From: an uncultured Pseudobdellovibrionaceae bacterium
GTDB lineage: Bacteria; Bdellovibrionota; FAC87; UBA2466
Length of the DNA stretch: 64,000 nt
Assembly: GCA_964616705.1 (NCBI GenBank)
Contig: CAZTRP010000001.1
Location: 314,381 to 378,380, forward strand
Reading direction: 5' to 3'
A program made the position numbers and the translations under genes. Position 1 is the stretch's first letter. Each line of letters opens with the position of its first letter. Positions 28,743-37,871 of the stretch are shown here, piece by piece. The notes under the pieces are model-generated. The model did not search any database, was not told the origin of the DNA, and saw only the letters and a program-made list of their open reading frames with translations.

Positions 28743-30229
28743 TACCCCAGGCCGTACCCTAGCAAGAAATAATACGTAGCAAGAACGGTATCCTTTAGAG
28801 TTTTGAGATCGAGACTTTCATTTGGTCCGTGTAACGCACTCTGAGTGTCAAATGCGCCAAATCCGACAACAGGTATTGTGCCCTGCTGGCTTAGGGACCA
28901 AAGTATGGGCACCCCTCCCCCTGCCCCATGCACCACGGCCGTCTGATTGAATTGGCGGCCAAATACATTAGCTGCAAGTTGCAAGGCTGGACCATCAGCG
29001 GGCGTACTCCAAGATGGAGAAGCTTGATGCCAACGAATCGAAGCTGGCACACCGCTCGCCACATTTGTTGTCATTTTTGCTTCAACTATTGCCTTCGCCT
29101 TCTCGGGATCGATTCCAGGCCCCAACCGCAGCACGAAATGCACTTCAGCCCACGGCGCCGTTGCCCACACGCCACTTACGGGCCGGTTCGGTAGGTCGGT
29201 AGTAAGTACAGTAGCCAGAGTAAGAAAGTGTGCGGGCGAGGCAAATCCCCTCGGAAAACTCACCCCAGCAAGTAGGCCAACTTGCTCCGCGTACTTTGTT
29301 GGATCAAAAGACGGCAGCCGGGCCAGACTTCGCTCAAGAATTTCAGAGGGTGGAGGGGGCTGGAGCTCAGGGATTACCACTCCCTCTGGCGCAATTTTTT
29401 CAAGAAGGCGAAAAGCAATCGCCTGTGGGTCCAGCGGATTCGCCTTTAAACCACTGTGGCCCGACTTGCTTGCAACATCTACCCTAAGAGTTCCTTCGAT
29501 AGCACCCTTTGTGGAGTTAGTGATCGATGGAACTCCGGGGATTTCATTGCCCATATCCACAACCACAATCAAGTCCGGACGATGGGTAAGGAACTGTTCC
29601 ATGAATTTCGGAAAACTCTTCGAGCCGCTTTCTTCCTCACCCTCTAGAACAATTTCCAAATTAAATGGCAGCTCAACGCCCGTTTCGATCGACGCACGCA
29701 CAATGGCCAACAACCCCGCAATGGCATACTTATCGTCCGCCACTCCGCGGCCATACACGCGCCCATCACGAATTTGCATTTTGAATGGGTCGCTATTCCA
29801 CTCATCTAACCCGCCGATGGCGACGACATCATAATGACCATAAACCAACACGGTTTTCTTCCCCGGGGTCGCAGCACGGACTGAACCCAAAAGGTATGGC
29901 GCTGATGTTGTTTCTCCATTTTTCACTACTACTTGGTGCGCGTCCGAAATACCGGCCTGCCGCATCTTACTAAGAATGGCATCGGCTGCAGCAGTGAGGG
30001 CTTCTGGATCGCTGGTAACCGATTCTAGGGCGACGAGTTCGCCCAAGGGACCCAGTACCCGCGCCGAAAACTCCTTGTCGAGAAGCGTCCCCACGGGTGA
30101 GCCGACCTTGAATATTTCATCTAAACAGGATGGAAAAGCGGCAGGACAATGGAGTGCTGCGAACAATAGCCCCGCCAAGGCAAATAATTTCATAGGCGGG
30201 GCCCGTATCATAATGGGCATTCGGTGCAC
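28739..30229 (-). CDS. M20/M25/M40 metallopeptidase (dipeptidase/ArgE-DapE-like) with signal peptide
   Basis: YGHYDV, RGVADDK, EGEEESGS, HSG, HGPNE. The true start is probably at MKLFALAGLL. Confidence 0.88.
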   Translation of the reverse strand: MHRMPIMIRAPPMKLFALAGLLFAALHCPAAFPSCLDEIFKVGSPVGTLLDKEFSARVLGPLGELVALESVTSDPEALTAAADAILSKMRQAGISDAHQVVVKNGETTSAPYLLGSVRAATPGKKTVLVYGHYDVVAIGGLDEWNSDPFKMQIRDGRVYGRGVADDKYAIAGLLAIVRASIETGVELPFNLEIVLEGEEESGSKSFPKFMEQFLTHRPDLIVVVDMGNEIPGVPSITNSTKGAIEGTLRVDVASKSGHSGLKANPLDPQAIAFRLLEKIAPEGVVIPELQPPPPSEILERSLARLPSFDPTKYAEQVGLLAGVSFPRGFASPAHFLTLATVLTTDLPNRPVSGVWATAPWAEVHFVLRLGPGIDPEKAKAIVEAKMTTNVASGVPASIRWHQASPSWSTPADGPALQLAANVFGRQFNQTAVVHGAGGGVPILWSLSQQGTIPVVGFGAFDTQSALHGPNESLDLKTLKDTVLATYYFLLGYGLGY

Positions 30230-30261
30230 AAGACCAAACTTAACCCCTCGAAATAGCTTGG

Positions 30262-30301
30262 TTTATACAGCCACTGCCAGAGAAACATAGCGCTGTATAA
30301 A
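30262..30301. repeat. 10-bp inverted repeat with 20-bp spacer in a divergent promoter region
   Basis: TTTATACAGC (30262-30271) ... GCTGTATAAA (30292-30301). Confidence 0.7.
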
Positions 30302-30393
30302 GCTTCTCAGCACACACCTTGTGTTCAGGCCCGTATTCGTGCGTAAAGCGCTGGCCCCAGCGTTGCAGCCCTTTTTTGTCACTGGGGTGAGTT

Positions 30394-31506
30394 ATGGGTA
30401 AACGTATTCCTGTAGTAGTCGCAGCATTGGTTGCGTTGGTGGCTCTGCAGCCCTGCGATGCCTACGCTCGGAGGTTTGGAGACCAACGTGGAGGGCGTGT
30501 GTTTTTGCGGCAGCAGCGCCAACAGGCCCGATTCTCCCGGTTTCAGCCAGTTACCCGACTTCAACCTGTTACCCCAATTCAGCCCCAACCCCAGACGAAC
30601 CAAAGCGTCCCAGCAACGCCTCAAAACCATAGCATGCAGAATGTTTCTGTTTCCATTCCCACTCACACCCCCGCTCGAGTCAGACCCCTTTCGGATACTC
30701 CCGCTCAAAGATCCATTGGATTCGACTATGAATTTGCTCGGCAAAATCCCAGAACCGACAGCATCGTTGCCAAAGTTTCAGTCCCACCCGACCAGTTGGC
30801 TGGATTGAGAAAACCTTGGATTGTGATTTCCTATATCAATACGAACAACGACTCTGACGTTCAGCAACGTCGGGTTCCACTTCAGTTCGACCGACAGGGC
30901 AATGTGTATTTTGAGCTAGATGGCTTGAATCCGGAAACCGTCTACAAAATGAAAGTAGCCATTGCGGACACCAATCCCGCGGGCACGGAAATTACGCCAA
31001 AGATTAACCTAGGTGCGTATTGGGGCATGACTTCTGGAAACACAAAACTAGCTCGGGCCCGTTTTAATTTTGTTTCAACACTTTTGACCGAGGCAAACGG
31101 CTGGCGCACCGGCGGAAGAAACTTAGGGAACGTGCCTTACGCCAATACGCCCGGGGGATGGTGCGGCGAGTTCCCTCATTGGGCGGCAAAACGTTTCTTA
31201 AGACTATCTTCGGAAAATCCCTCGAACGATTACAAAAGATATGGACAGTTTCTCAACGGAAACCAACTCGCTAACGTAGCGTCACAGAGTCCGATTGCAG
31301 GGACTTTCGCATGGTGGAGAAACAACGGGAACTCCCACAAAATGACTGTGCTGGGTTACTCAAAAACTTCGAATGTGGTTTACACCCTAGAAGGAAATTT
31401 AAATGGCAGAGTTGCCATCACAACCCGTAGGCCTTCAGAACTTGGCTACATTGGCGTCATGGCCCCGCAAATGGCCTGGGACAATGACGTGGCCCAAGCA
31501 AGATAG
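30394..31506 (+). CDS. Secreted CHAP-like (Cys/His) peptidoglycan hydrolase with FN3-like domain
   Basis: Signal peptide, Q/P-rich linker, LDGLNPETVYKMKV (FN3-like), GWCGEFPHW, SHKMTV, YTLEGN. Confidence 0.6.
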   Translation: MGKRIPVVVAALVALVALQPCDAYARRFGDQRGGRVFLRQQRQQARFSRFQPVTRLQPVTPIQPQPQTNQSVPATPQNHSMQNVSVSIPTHTPARVRPLSDTPAQRSIGFDYEFARQNPRTDSIVAKVSVPPDQLAGLRKPWIVISYINTNNDSDVQQRRVPLQFDRQGNVYFELDGLNPETVYKMKVAIADTNPAGTEITPKINLGAYWGMTSGNTKLARARFNFVSTLLTEANGWRTGGRNLGNVPYANTPGGWCGEFPHWAAKRFLRLSSENPSNDYKRYGQFLNGNQLANVASQSPIAGTFAWWRNNGNSHKMTVLGYSKTSNVVYTLEGNLNGRVAITTRRPSELGYIGVMAPQMAWDNDVAQAR

Positions 31507-31561
31507 GCAATTGACTTCCTAAACGAACCCCCTTTACCTAGAAGCTGAATTGGGGGAGAGA

Positions 31562-32545
31562 ATGAATTTGTTTCGTATTTTTGGGGCGTCTTTTGCATTA
31601 ATTCCGGTAGTGGCTCAAGCGGCACCGGTGGATTTCGGAAAACTCAATTCGCTTTTTAGCTCCATTGCCGGCGAAGTAATAAAACTGGAGCAGGTGAAAG
31701 ATAAATCAGGCAAAGATCTTATCGATCACCTTGCGTTGAGCTTTGACACCAAAGAATCCGACCTTGACAAGGGAAAGTTGTCCCTCAGTGCAAGCACTGC
31801 CGTTCTGGGATCTCGTTGGGCCCCATCGGGCAGAAGTGACCTCTCTCTCGGCGTAAATGCGCAAATACTGAGTGCCGCAGGCAGCGACGACCAGCTTCGT
31901 CTGAAGTTAGATCTTCGGCTTAAGAGCCAAGTCTTAGAACTCGTCAAGGTCGTCGCGGCAGATCTGATAAAGAAACAAGATCCTTGTTCCGCCAGCGCCA
32001 TAAACTCTGGAGCTTCGAGCGCAATCGAAGAAGCCTTCAATCAAGCCTATTGCGATCAGCTCACAAACCTCAGCCGAGCAAAGGACTTTGATACTGTCCT
32101 AAGTTCAATTCAAACTCTCATCGAGAAACGAACCACTTACGTAGCCGACCAAATTGCTCTCACCACAGCAGCCACCAGCGCTCCGCCTGCAGTAGATAGC
32201 GCTACCGAGCTGAAAGTGCTGGGAGAATTCGCAAATGGTTTCAAAACCAGAACTTCCTCAGGGGACGTTTCGTTTTCCTACGCCGATCCCAAGGGAATTG
32301 ATTTAGCGGCAGAGTTTTTCTTGATGGGATTTTCGGTACAGTTGACCCCTTCTACAATCGCATTTTCGGCCACCATCGATTCAAAAGAAGGAGCAGCCGC
32401 ATTTGCGAATTACAAATCGGACATCGAGTACGGCGCAGCTCTGTTGACCGGAGATCCCACGGACCCGACGACTCAAGCAATCACGGATGTGCTCAAAAAA
32501 ACATTGCGTGACTACATCAAGGACGCAAAGGGTTTTATCTTTTAA
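31562..32545 (+). CDS. Hypothetical secreted protein
   Basis: GGAG RBS and signal peptide ending AQA; no family recognised. Confidence 0.65.
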   Translation: MNLFRIFGASFALIPVVAQAAPVDFGKLNSLFSSIAGEVIKLEQVKDKSGKDLIDHLALSFDTKESDLDKGKLSLSASTAVLGSRWAPSGRSDLSLGVNAQILSAAGSDDQLRLKLDLRLKSQVLELVKVVAADLIKKQDPCSASAINSGASSAIEEAFNQAYCDQLTNLSRAKDFDTVLSSIQTLIEKRTTYVADQIALTTAATSAPPAVDSATELKVLGEFANGFKTRTSSGDVSFSYADPKGIDLAAEFFLMGFSVQLTPSTIAFSATIDSKEGAAAFANYKSDIEYGAALLTGDPTDPTTQAITDVLKKTLRDYIKDAKGFIF

Positions 32546-32551
32546 ACGAAT

Positions 32552-32926
32552 TTACAATTGTATTCCGAAGTAAAAGCTAGCTATCAACACAACTAGAACA
32601 AACGCGGCAATGCTTGCAAAAATCGGCTGCTTTTGCCTAAGAAACAGCACCATTGTTAGCGCAACCCTCAAAGAAGGCAGCGCCACCAACACAAAAAGCC
32701 CGATGTAACAAAGGAGCAGTCCCCATTGCCCCTGTGAGACGGCAGATTGTAGCAAAGAGCGAAGAGGGATTCGTTCGTAGCTTTGAAAACGAACAAACGG
32801 ATCTGCACTATATTGCGCAGATAACACCCAGCCCAAACACAACAAACCACCGGAAACAAGAACTCCGCGGCCCAGCAGCCGACCAATCGCCTGATCCATC
32901 TTCTTAGGCTCCTTCGCTTTTCTCAT
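32552..32926 (-). CDS. DUF1634-family membrane protein
   Basis: IGRLLGRGVLVS...GLFVLVALPSLRVAL; ATGA overlap with the upstream TauE gene, the usual pairing. Confidence 0.8.
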   Translation of the reverse strand: MRKAKEPKKMDQAIGRLLGRGVLVSGGLLCLGWVLSAQYSADPFVRFQSYERIPLRSLLQSAVSQGQWGLLLCYIGLFVLVALPSLRVALTMVLFLRQKQPIFASIAAFVLVVLIASFYFGIQL

Positions 32927-33738
32927 CGAAGCCCCCGGTAAATCATTTGAGCAGATACAACTAAAAGTACGCCCACGAAGAGTAAGCGCATGGGCCTTAA
33001 CGGAATCACGGTCATTGCCCTTGCTCCGAACCATGAACCAATCAAAATTCCCAACGCCACGGGTGCCGCGATTTCGGGGCGAATATCCCCACTTAAGAAA
33101 TAGGCCCCCGCACTGCCAGCAGCAGTAACACCGATCATGAGGTTTGACGTTGCCGAGGACACTTTGAGGGGCAAACGCATGGCGGAATCCATGGCGAGTA
33201 CTTTTAGGACACCACTACCAATCCCAAGTAGCGCTGACAAAATACCCGCAAAAAACATCCAGAAATATCCCATGGGGACATTCTCCACCCCATAGGAGAT
33301 AGCCTTTCCGCTATGGCCCGGATAGCTGCCAGCAAACCCAAGGCGCTTGGACCACGGGTGATCCACTGATGCACGCACTTCATCTCTTCGACGCAGCATC
33401 ATCAGCGCCGAAAAAAGTAGAATTCCACCAAATAAAATAAATAGGCCGCTGTTGGGAACCTTACCCGCCAGAAAGTAACCTACTAACGCGCCCGACACGG
33501 TCGCCGACTCAAGAAAAACGGCTAAGCGAAGATTCGTAAAACCCTGCTTTAAAAAACTCGCGGCCGCACCGGAAGAGGTCGCTATTACTGAAATGAGACT
33601 AGCCGTAATTGCGTAGCGAATATCGACGTTAAAACCCAGGGTCAAAACCGGTACTACGATTAACCCCCCACCTAGCCCCAACAAAGCCCCCAGGGCGCCA
33701 GCTACTATCGAGCAAGCAATCAAGATAATTTGTTCCAT
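32923..33738 (-). CDS. Sulfite exporter TauE/SafE (TSUP) family
   Basis: GALLGLGGGLIVVP, ALLGIGSG, KVSSATS; multiple TM helices. Confidence 0.9.
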   Translation of the reverse strand: MEQIILIACSIVAGALGALLGLGGGLIVVPVLTLGFNVDIRYAITASLISVIATSSGAAASFLKQGFTNLRLAVFLESATVSGALVGYFLAGKVPNSGLFILFGGILLFSALMMLRRRDEVRASVDHPWSKRLGFAGSYPGHSGKAISYGVENVPMGYFWMFFAGILSALLGIGSGVLKVLAMDSAMRLPLKVSSATSNLMIGVTAAGSAGAYFLSGDIRPEIAAPVALGILIGSWFGARAMTVIPLRPMRLLFVGVLLVVSAQMIYRGLR

Positions 33739-33909
33739 CGGCGTTAGTGTATCGAAAAAAGCCTCTCAAGAAACCTTCCAACGCACATGAATTACAGTTT
33801 AAATTCCGAGAATTTAGACACCACTCAAAATTCTCGCTTGCCTTTAATTTGGAATATTGATTACCGTCAGAATGGGGTTGGGGTTACAAGTTTTTGCCTT
33901 TTAACGATA

Positions 33910-33997
33910 GGGGGAGGCGCTCACAACCCACGGGGTCGTGAGTGTCCATTCACAATGAGTGAGGAGCCGGAAGAGAACTTCCGGCTCTTTCTTTTTT
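33910..33997 (+). ncRNA. Candidate small RNA (three stem-loops ending in an intrinsic terminator)
   Basis: Hairpin 33916-33946, small hairpin 33947-33961, and terminator 33964-33997. The terminator U-tract is on the + strand although both flanking genes are on the - strand. Confidence 0.35.
33964..33997 (+). terminator. Rho-independent terminator
   Basis: GAGCCGGAAG-agaa-CTTCCGGCTC followed by TTTCTTTTTT. Confidence 0.8.
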
Positions 33998-34003
33998 CGG
34001 CAC

Positions 34004-35410
34004 TTAGTGCAGCACGTCCGCACGAAGGGCGCCAATGCGATGCCGCTTCAACCGCCGATAGAGCGTTGGTCGAGAAACCTTAAGCTGGCGGGCCATTTCA
34101 TCCAACGTGCCATCGTACTTGTCTAAACACTTCTGAAGAATTCTTCTCTCGTAGGTATCGAGATAAGACTCGAGGCCCAAGCCCATTACTTGCTCAAAAT
34201 CATCCGTAGCAGTTTCCATTTCCTGATCCCAAGCTGCGGAATCTTGCGCTTTGCTAAGGTAATTGGGTGGCAAGTGCTCTATTTCGATCTTCTCGGTCCC
34301 TCTGGCCCGTAAGCAAAGGTATTGGACAGCATCTTGAAACTCGCGAACGTTACCCTCTTCCCACCGCTGTTCGCGAAGCAGAGTAAGCACCTCAGGATCA
34401 TAGCTTTTCGCAAAGCCTGCGTATTTTAGAATAAAGTGCTCCAAGAGGTCTGGTATATCGCCTGCTCGCTCTCTTAATGGCGGAATATTGACGACCACTT
34501 GGGAAATACGCGAGTACAGATCTTTTCGGAACGTTCCTTGCTCTACCATTTTTTTCAAATTGCGATTGGTTGCAGAGAGTATTCGAACATCTGCACGGCG
34601 CTTCACATCATCGCCTAAACGGTAGTATTCCATTGAATCCAGAAACGTGAGAAACATCGCTTGGGTCTGCAAGCACATCTCACCGATTTCGTCCAAGAAG
34701 AGATCTCCCCCTTGCGCTAGCTCAACTAACCCTCGCTTGTCCGAGATAGCGCCCGTAAAGGCTCCTTTTTTGTGACCAAAGAGTTGGTCCTGAAAGCGCT
34801 CCATATCCAAACACGCGCAATTTAGCTGCTCAAATGGACGGACCGTCCCGGTGATTTCATTTAACACTTGGTTGGAATAGCGAGCGAATGGAGTCTTCCC
34901 CACTCCCGTTTCACCGTTAAAGAGAATACGCAGATTCGCAGCGTCGGCTATTGTCTGTTTAGCTTTTAAAAGCGTGGCATCGCGCCCGATGATTTGGTGC
35001 TCGGCGGCCGATTTTTCGAATGCCCTTTGGTAGACACGGCTTTTTTGGGCTCCGGCGAAAAGTTTGTCTATCTTGAGCTCTAGCGTTTCTCGATCGAAGG
35101 GCTTTTCCAGGTAATCGTCCGCTCCCAGCTTCATGCATTTTACAACTGTGGCAATCTCTCGATGTCCCGAAAGCATGAGTGCAGGTTTTTCCGGAAAGCG
35201 CTTTTTAAACAGGCTTAAGAAGTCAATTCCAGTGCGATCCGGCGTTTGGAGATTAATGTCCATCATCGCCCCATCGACGTCTTCAGTGTCTAGAAGGACC
35301 ACCGCTCGCTGAAACGAACTAGCCAAAACTAGGCGGTACTTTGATGCCAACGCCATCTGTACAGATTCAAGAACTAGGGTTTCATCATCCAGAACAAGTA
35401 GGGTCTTCAA
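34004..35410 (-). CDS. Sigma54-dependent response regulator (NtrC family)
   Basis: REC domain (VLDDE, MMDIN), AAA+ domain with GETGVGKT, GAFTGA and LFLDEIG, C-terminal HTH (LKVSRPTLYRRLK). TTG start at 35410. Confidence 0.92.
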   Translation of the reverse strand: MKTLLVLDDETLVLESVQMALASKYRLVLASSFQRAVVLLDTEDVDGAMMDINLQTPDRTGIDFLSLFKKRFPEKPALMLSGHREIATVVKCMKLGADDYLEKPFDRETLELKIDKLFAGAQKSRVYQRAFEKSAAEHQIIGRDATLLKAKQTIADAANLRILFNGETGVGKTPFARYSNQVLNEITGTVRPFEQLNCACLDMERFQDQLFGHKKGAFTGAISDKRGLVELAQGGDLFLDEIGEMCLQTQAMFLTFLDSMEYYRLGDDVKRRADVRILSATNRNLKKMVEQGTFRKDLYSRISQVVVNIPPLRERAGDIPDLLEHFILKYAGFAKSYDPEVLTLLREQRWEEGNVREFQDAVQYLCLRARGTEKIEIEHLPPNYLSKAQDSAAWDQEMETATDDFEQVMGLGLESYLDTYERRILQKCLDKYDGTLDEMARQLKVSRPTLYRRLKRHRIGALRADVLH

Positions 35411-35583
35411 AACAGCACCTCTAACAATGGGAAAAGAAAAGCGGCGGGACCGTATCAAAAATGAAACAAAAAAGGAAGGCGCTTAGAAACCAGCGATGGA
35501 AAAGCGAGCTCGACGATTACGCAGCGCACCTCTTCTTCGCCTGAGGTTCCCTCTAAAATAGGTACAATCCACCAAGGAGCTTG

Positions 35584-36348
35584 ATGCTTCAAAAACCTCG
35601 ACCCATCGTCGTTCTAGCCATTTTCCATTGGATAGAGCCCATTTTAAAAACCGCAGCCCTGGCGGTGTTTTTAGCGGGTTCCGGCTTGGAAATAACGAAT
35701 CATCTTAGAACGATTGGACCAAGCTGGGATCTCGGCGTCTTCTTTCTGGCTTTCCCGCTTTCTGGCTTAGCGATTTTTGCGGTGAAAAACTGGAGCCTTG
35801 CCACTTACGTCTACATCCAACTGGCCAATATAGTAGGGACGACCTACCTAAACACCCGACACCCGAACCTTTACCCATGGTGGTGGATGGCGGCTCAAGT
35901 AGGGGCGGCCGTTGTTACGCTGGCCTATCTTCTTCGACCGACTACTAGAAGAGCCTTCCTGGATCCCAGCATTCGATGGTGGGAATCCAAGCCTCGCTTT
36001 GGCGTGGATTGGGACGCAAACCTGCTACAAGGCAAGCGAACGCTCAAAGTGAAGGTCCAAAATATTTCTGAGGGCGGCGTATTTGTGGAAGTAGCCAAAG
36101 ACGAAGCTTTGGTGATGCACGAGCCTGTCCAGGTGGAGCTAGATACGCCCATCGCATCCCTTTCTCTCGCCGGCAGGGTTTGCTATGGCACGCCGACCAC
36201 TCCCTTACGCTACGGTATTCACTTCACCGAGCTTCCACCGACGATGCGAAGTCAAATTCAGAGCTGTCTGGCGCAGCTTCAAGAGCAAGGCACGACACGC
36301 CTCAGTAGGCCATTGCCCTCCCGACGTCGAAGAAAAAAGCGGGCATAA
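35584..36348 (+). CDS. Membrane protein with C-terminal PilZ domain
   Basis: Four TM helices, then RWWESKPRF (RxxxxxR-like), NISEGG, YGIHF. Confidence 0.8.
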   Translation: MLQKPRPIVVLAIFHWIEPILKTAALAVFLAGSGLEITNHLRTIGPSWDLGVFFLAFPLSGLAIFAVKNWSLATYVYIQLANIVGTTYLNTRHPNLYPWWWMAAQVGAAVVTLAYLLRPTTRRAFLDPSIRWWESKPRFGVDWDANLLQGKRTLKVKVQNISEGGVFVEVAKDEALVMHEPVQVELDTPIASLSLAGRVCYGTPTTPLRYGIHFTELPPTMRSQIQSCLAQLQEQGTTRLSRPLPSRRRRKKRA

Positions 36349-36381
36349 AAAAACGGCCGGTAGTGTTTCCACCACCGGCCG
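36347..36381 (-). terminator. Intrinsic terminator of the RRM-infA transcript
   Basis: CGGCCGGT...ACCGGCCG 8-bp stem with an A7 run at 36347-36353 (U-tract on the - strand). Confidence 0.7.
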
Positions 36382-36408
36382 AAACTAAATAGGATTAGTT
36401 AGCGAGAA

Positions 36409-36651
36409 TTAGGCTCTGTCTGGGGGAGCGCCGAGTCTCTGTCTGCTTACAATGAGTCCATGGGACAAATCGTATGGCGACATACCAATCGTAACCTGAT
36501 CCCCAGCTATGACCCGAATGCGGTGTTTCCGCAGCCGACCCGATAGCTTTGCAGTTACCGTCTTGCCGCCTTTCAAGGTGATGAGAAATACATCACCCGA
36601 AAGGACATCGCTTACTATTCCATCGACTTTGGCTAAGTCGTCGCGGGCCAC
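36409..36651 (-). CDS. infA: Translation initiation factor IF-1 (divergent)
   Basis: LSGRLRKHRIRVIAGDQVTIGMSPYDLSHGLI; S1 fold. Confidence 0.88.
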   Translation of the reverse strand: MARDDLAKVDGIVSDVLSGDVFLITLKGGKTVTAKLSGRLRKHRIRVIAGDQVTIGMSPYDLSHGLIVSRQRLGAPPDRA

Positions 36652-37062
36652 TTAGTAGCCACCGCGCCCGCCGCCGCCGCCACCACGGCCACCGCCGCCG
36701 AAGCCGCCACGGCCACCGCCGCCGCCGCCACCGCGACCGCCGCCACCAAATCCACCACCGCCGCCGCCGCCGCGACCGCCACGGAAGCCACCGCCTCCTC
36801 CACCGGACCGAGGTTCTTGCGGACGTGCTTCATTTACAGTGAGAGCGCGACCTTCGAATTCTTTGCCATTGAGTTCCGAGATGGCTTTTTCAGCATCTTC
36901 ATCAGAAGCCATTTCAACGAAGCCGAATCCTTTAGAACGGCCGCTGTCACGGTCCGTAATCAAACGAACGGAGTCTACTCCGCCAATTTGCGAAAAGAGA
37001 TCGCTTACCGAGCCTTCCGTCGCGGAGAACGGAAGATTTCCTACATACAACTTTTTACCCAT
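36652..37062 (-). CDS. RRM RNA-binding protein with Gly/Arg-rich tail
   Basis: RNP2 LYVGNL, RNP1 KGFGFVEM, RALTVNEARP, then GGGGRGG repeats. Confidence 0.95.
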   Translation of the reverse strand: MGKKLYVGNLPFSATEGSVSDLFSQIGGVDSVRLITDRDSGRSKGFGFVEMASDEDAEKAISELNGKEFEGRALTVNEARPQEPRSGGGGGGFRGGRGGGGGGGFGGGGRGGGGGGGRGGFGGGGRGGGGGGRGGY

Positions 37063-37269
37063 TTTACTTAGACCTCCAAAGAGTCTTTGAGCGCCGAACG
37101 GAACCATTGAGCGCCCTGCTCAGAGGTCAGTATCGACAGAACGGGAACAGTAGCACAAAGGTGGAGTGAAGGCTAAAGAAATACCCTACTTCGCGACGAT
37201 ATTTAATGCGTCGCGATAGTTGCGGGGAGCTTCAGGATTTCAGATACTTAACAGAATTCATTCTGGGTC

Positions 37270-37647
37270 GTGTTACCCTATGTTTCTATTATGGATGTGG
37301 TTGGAATACAAGAAAGAGTCCTGATTTTTGTATTTATTTGGACCTTGGCCATCTTCCTTGCCGGCATTTTCATCAATAACTCGGCAACTCCAGTAGAAAC
37401 CCGAAACCGAGCTCTACCGTTTATAGCTGTCGTATTGGCCGTTCTATTTTTAATGATGACCCTTTATTTGGGCGTCCCCCCACAAGCGCTCTGGGTTCTA
37501 GTTCCGGCAGTAGCGCTGACTTTTTATACAAGCTTAAAGAAGATGTGGGTCTGTCGACGATGCGCAAGCTTCAATGGCTACCACCAGTCCGGCCGACCAA
37601 AGATTTGCAGAAAATGCGGGGCGACCGAGGAAAAAAAACTTTCTTAG
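37270..37647 (+). CDS. Small membrane protein with C-terminal zinc ribbon
   Basis: Three TM helices and CRRC...CRKC. Confidence 0.55.
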   Translation: MLPYVSIMDVVGIQERVLIFVFIWTLAIFLAGIFINNSATPVETRNRALPFIAVVLAVLFLMMTLYLGVPPQALWVLVPAVALTFYTSLKKMWVCRRCASFNGYHQSGRPKICRKCGATEEKKLS

Positions 37648-37680
37648 TACTGCGCGAAGGGTTAATTTCCGTTTTCATTT

Positions 37681-37754
37681 CGGGGTGTAGCGCAGCTGGC
37701 TAGCGCGCTTCGTTCGGGACGAAGAGGCCGTGGGTTCAAATCCCGCCACCCCGA
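37681..37754 (+). tRNA. tRNA-Pro(CGG), CCA not encoded
   Basis: Acceptor stem CGGGGTG/CACCCCG plus A73; anticodon stem CTTCG/CGAAG with loop TT-CGG-GA; T-loop TTCAAAT; followed by TAT instead of CCA. Confidence 0.95.
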
Positions 37755-37755
37755 T

Positions 37756-37787
37756 ATTCATTTCGCCTTCAGCGAAATGAATTCTTC
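37756..37787 (+). terminator. Hairpin immediately after tRNA-Pro (probable terminator)
   Basis: ATTCATTTCGC-cttca-GCGAAATGAAT 11-bp stem; weak U tail. Confidence 0.5.
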
Positions 37788-37871
37788 AGTATTCATATTA
37801 AGATGAATGCTGATTGCCTTCCCTCACCCTTACAAAACGGTAGAGCGATTTCAAGTTTTTCTAATTAAACA

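Noticed and set aside
33787-34083. 98-aa + strand ORF
   Set aside because: It runs through a strong terminator and into the antisense of the regulator gene; no recognisable motif or RBS.
36655-36800. GCC/CCG-rich repeats that look like an array
   Set aside because: They encode the GGGGRGG tail of the RRM protein; no spacers or fixed period, so not CRISPR.
37191-37216. 8-bp inverted repeat TCGCGACG-N10-CGTCGCGA in a divergent intergenic region
   Set aside because: Real but short and GC-rich, with no second copy or candidate regulator to tie it to.
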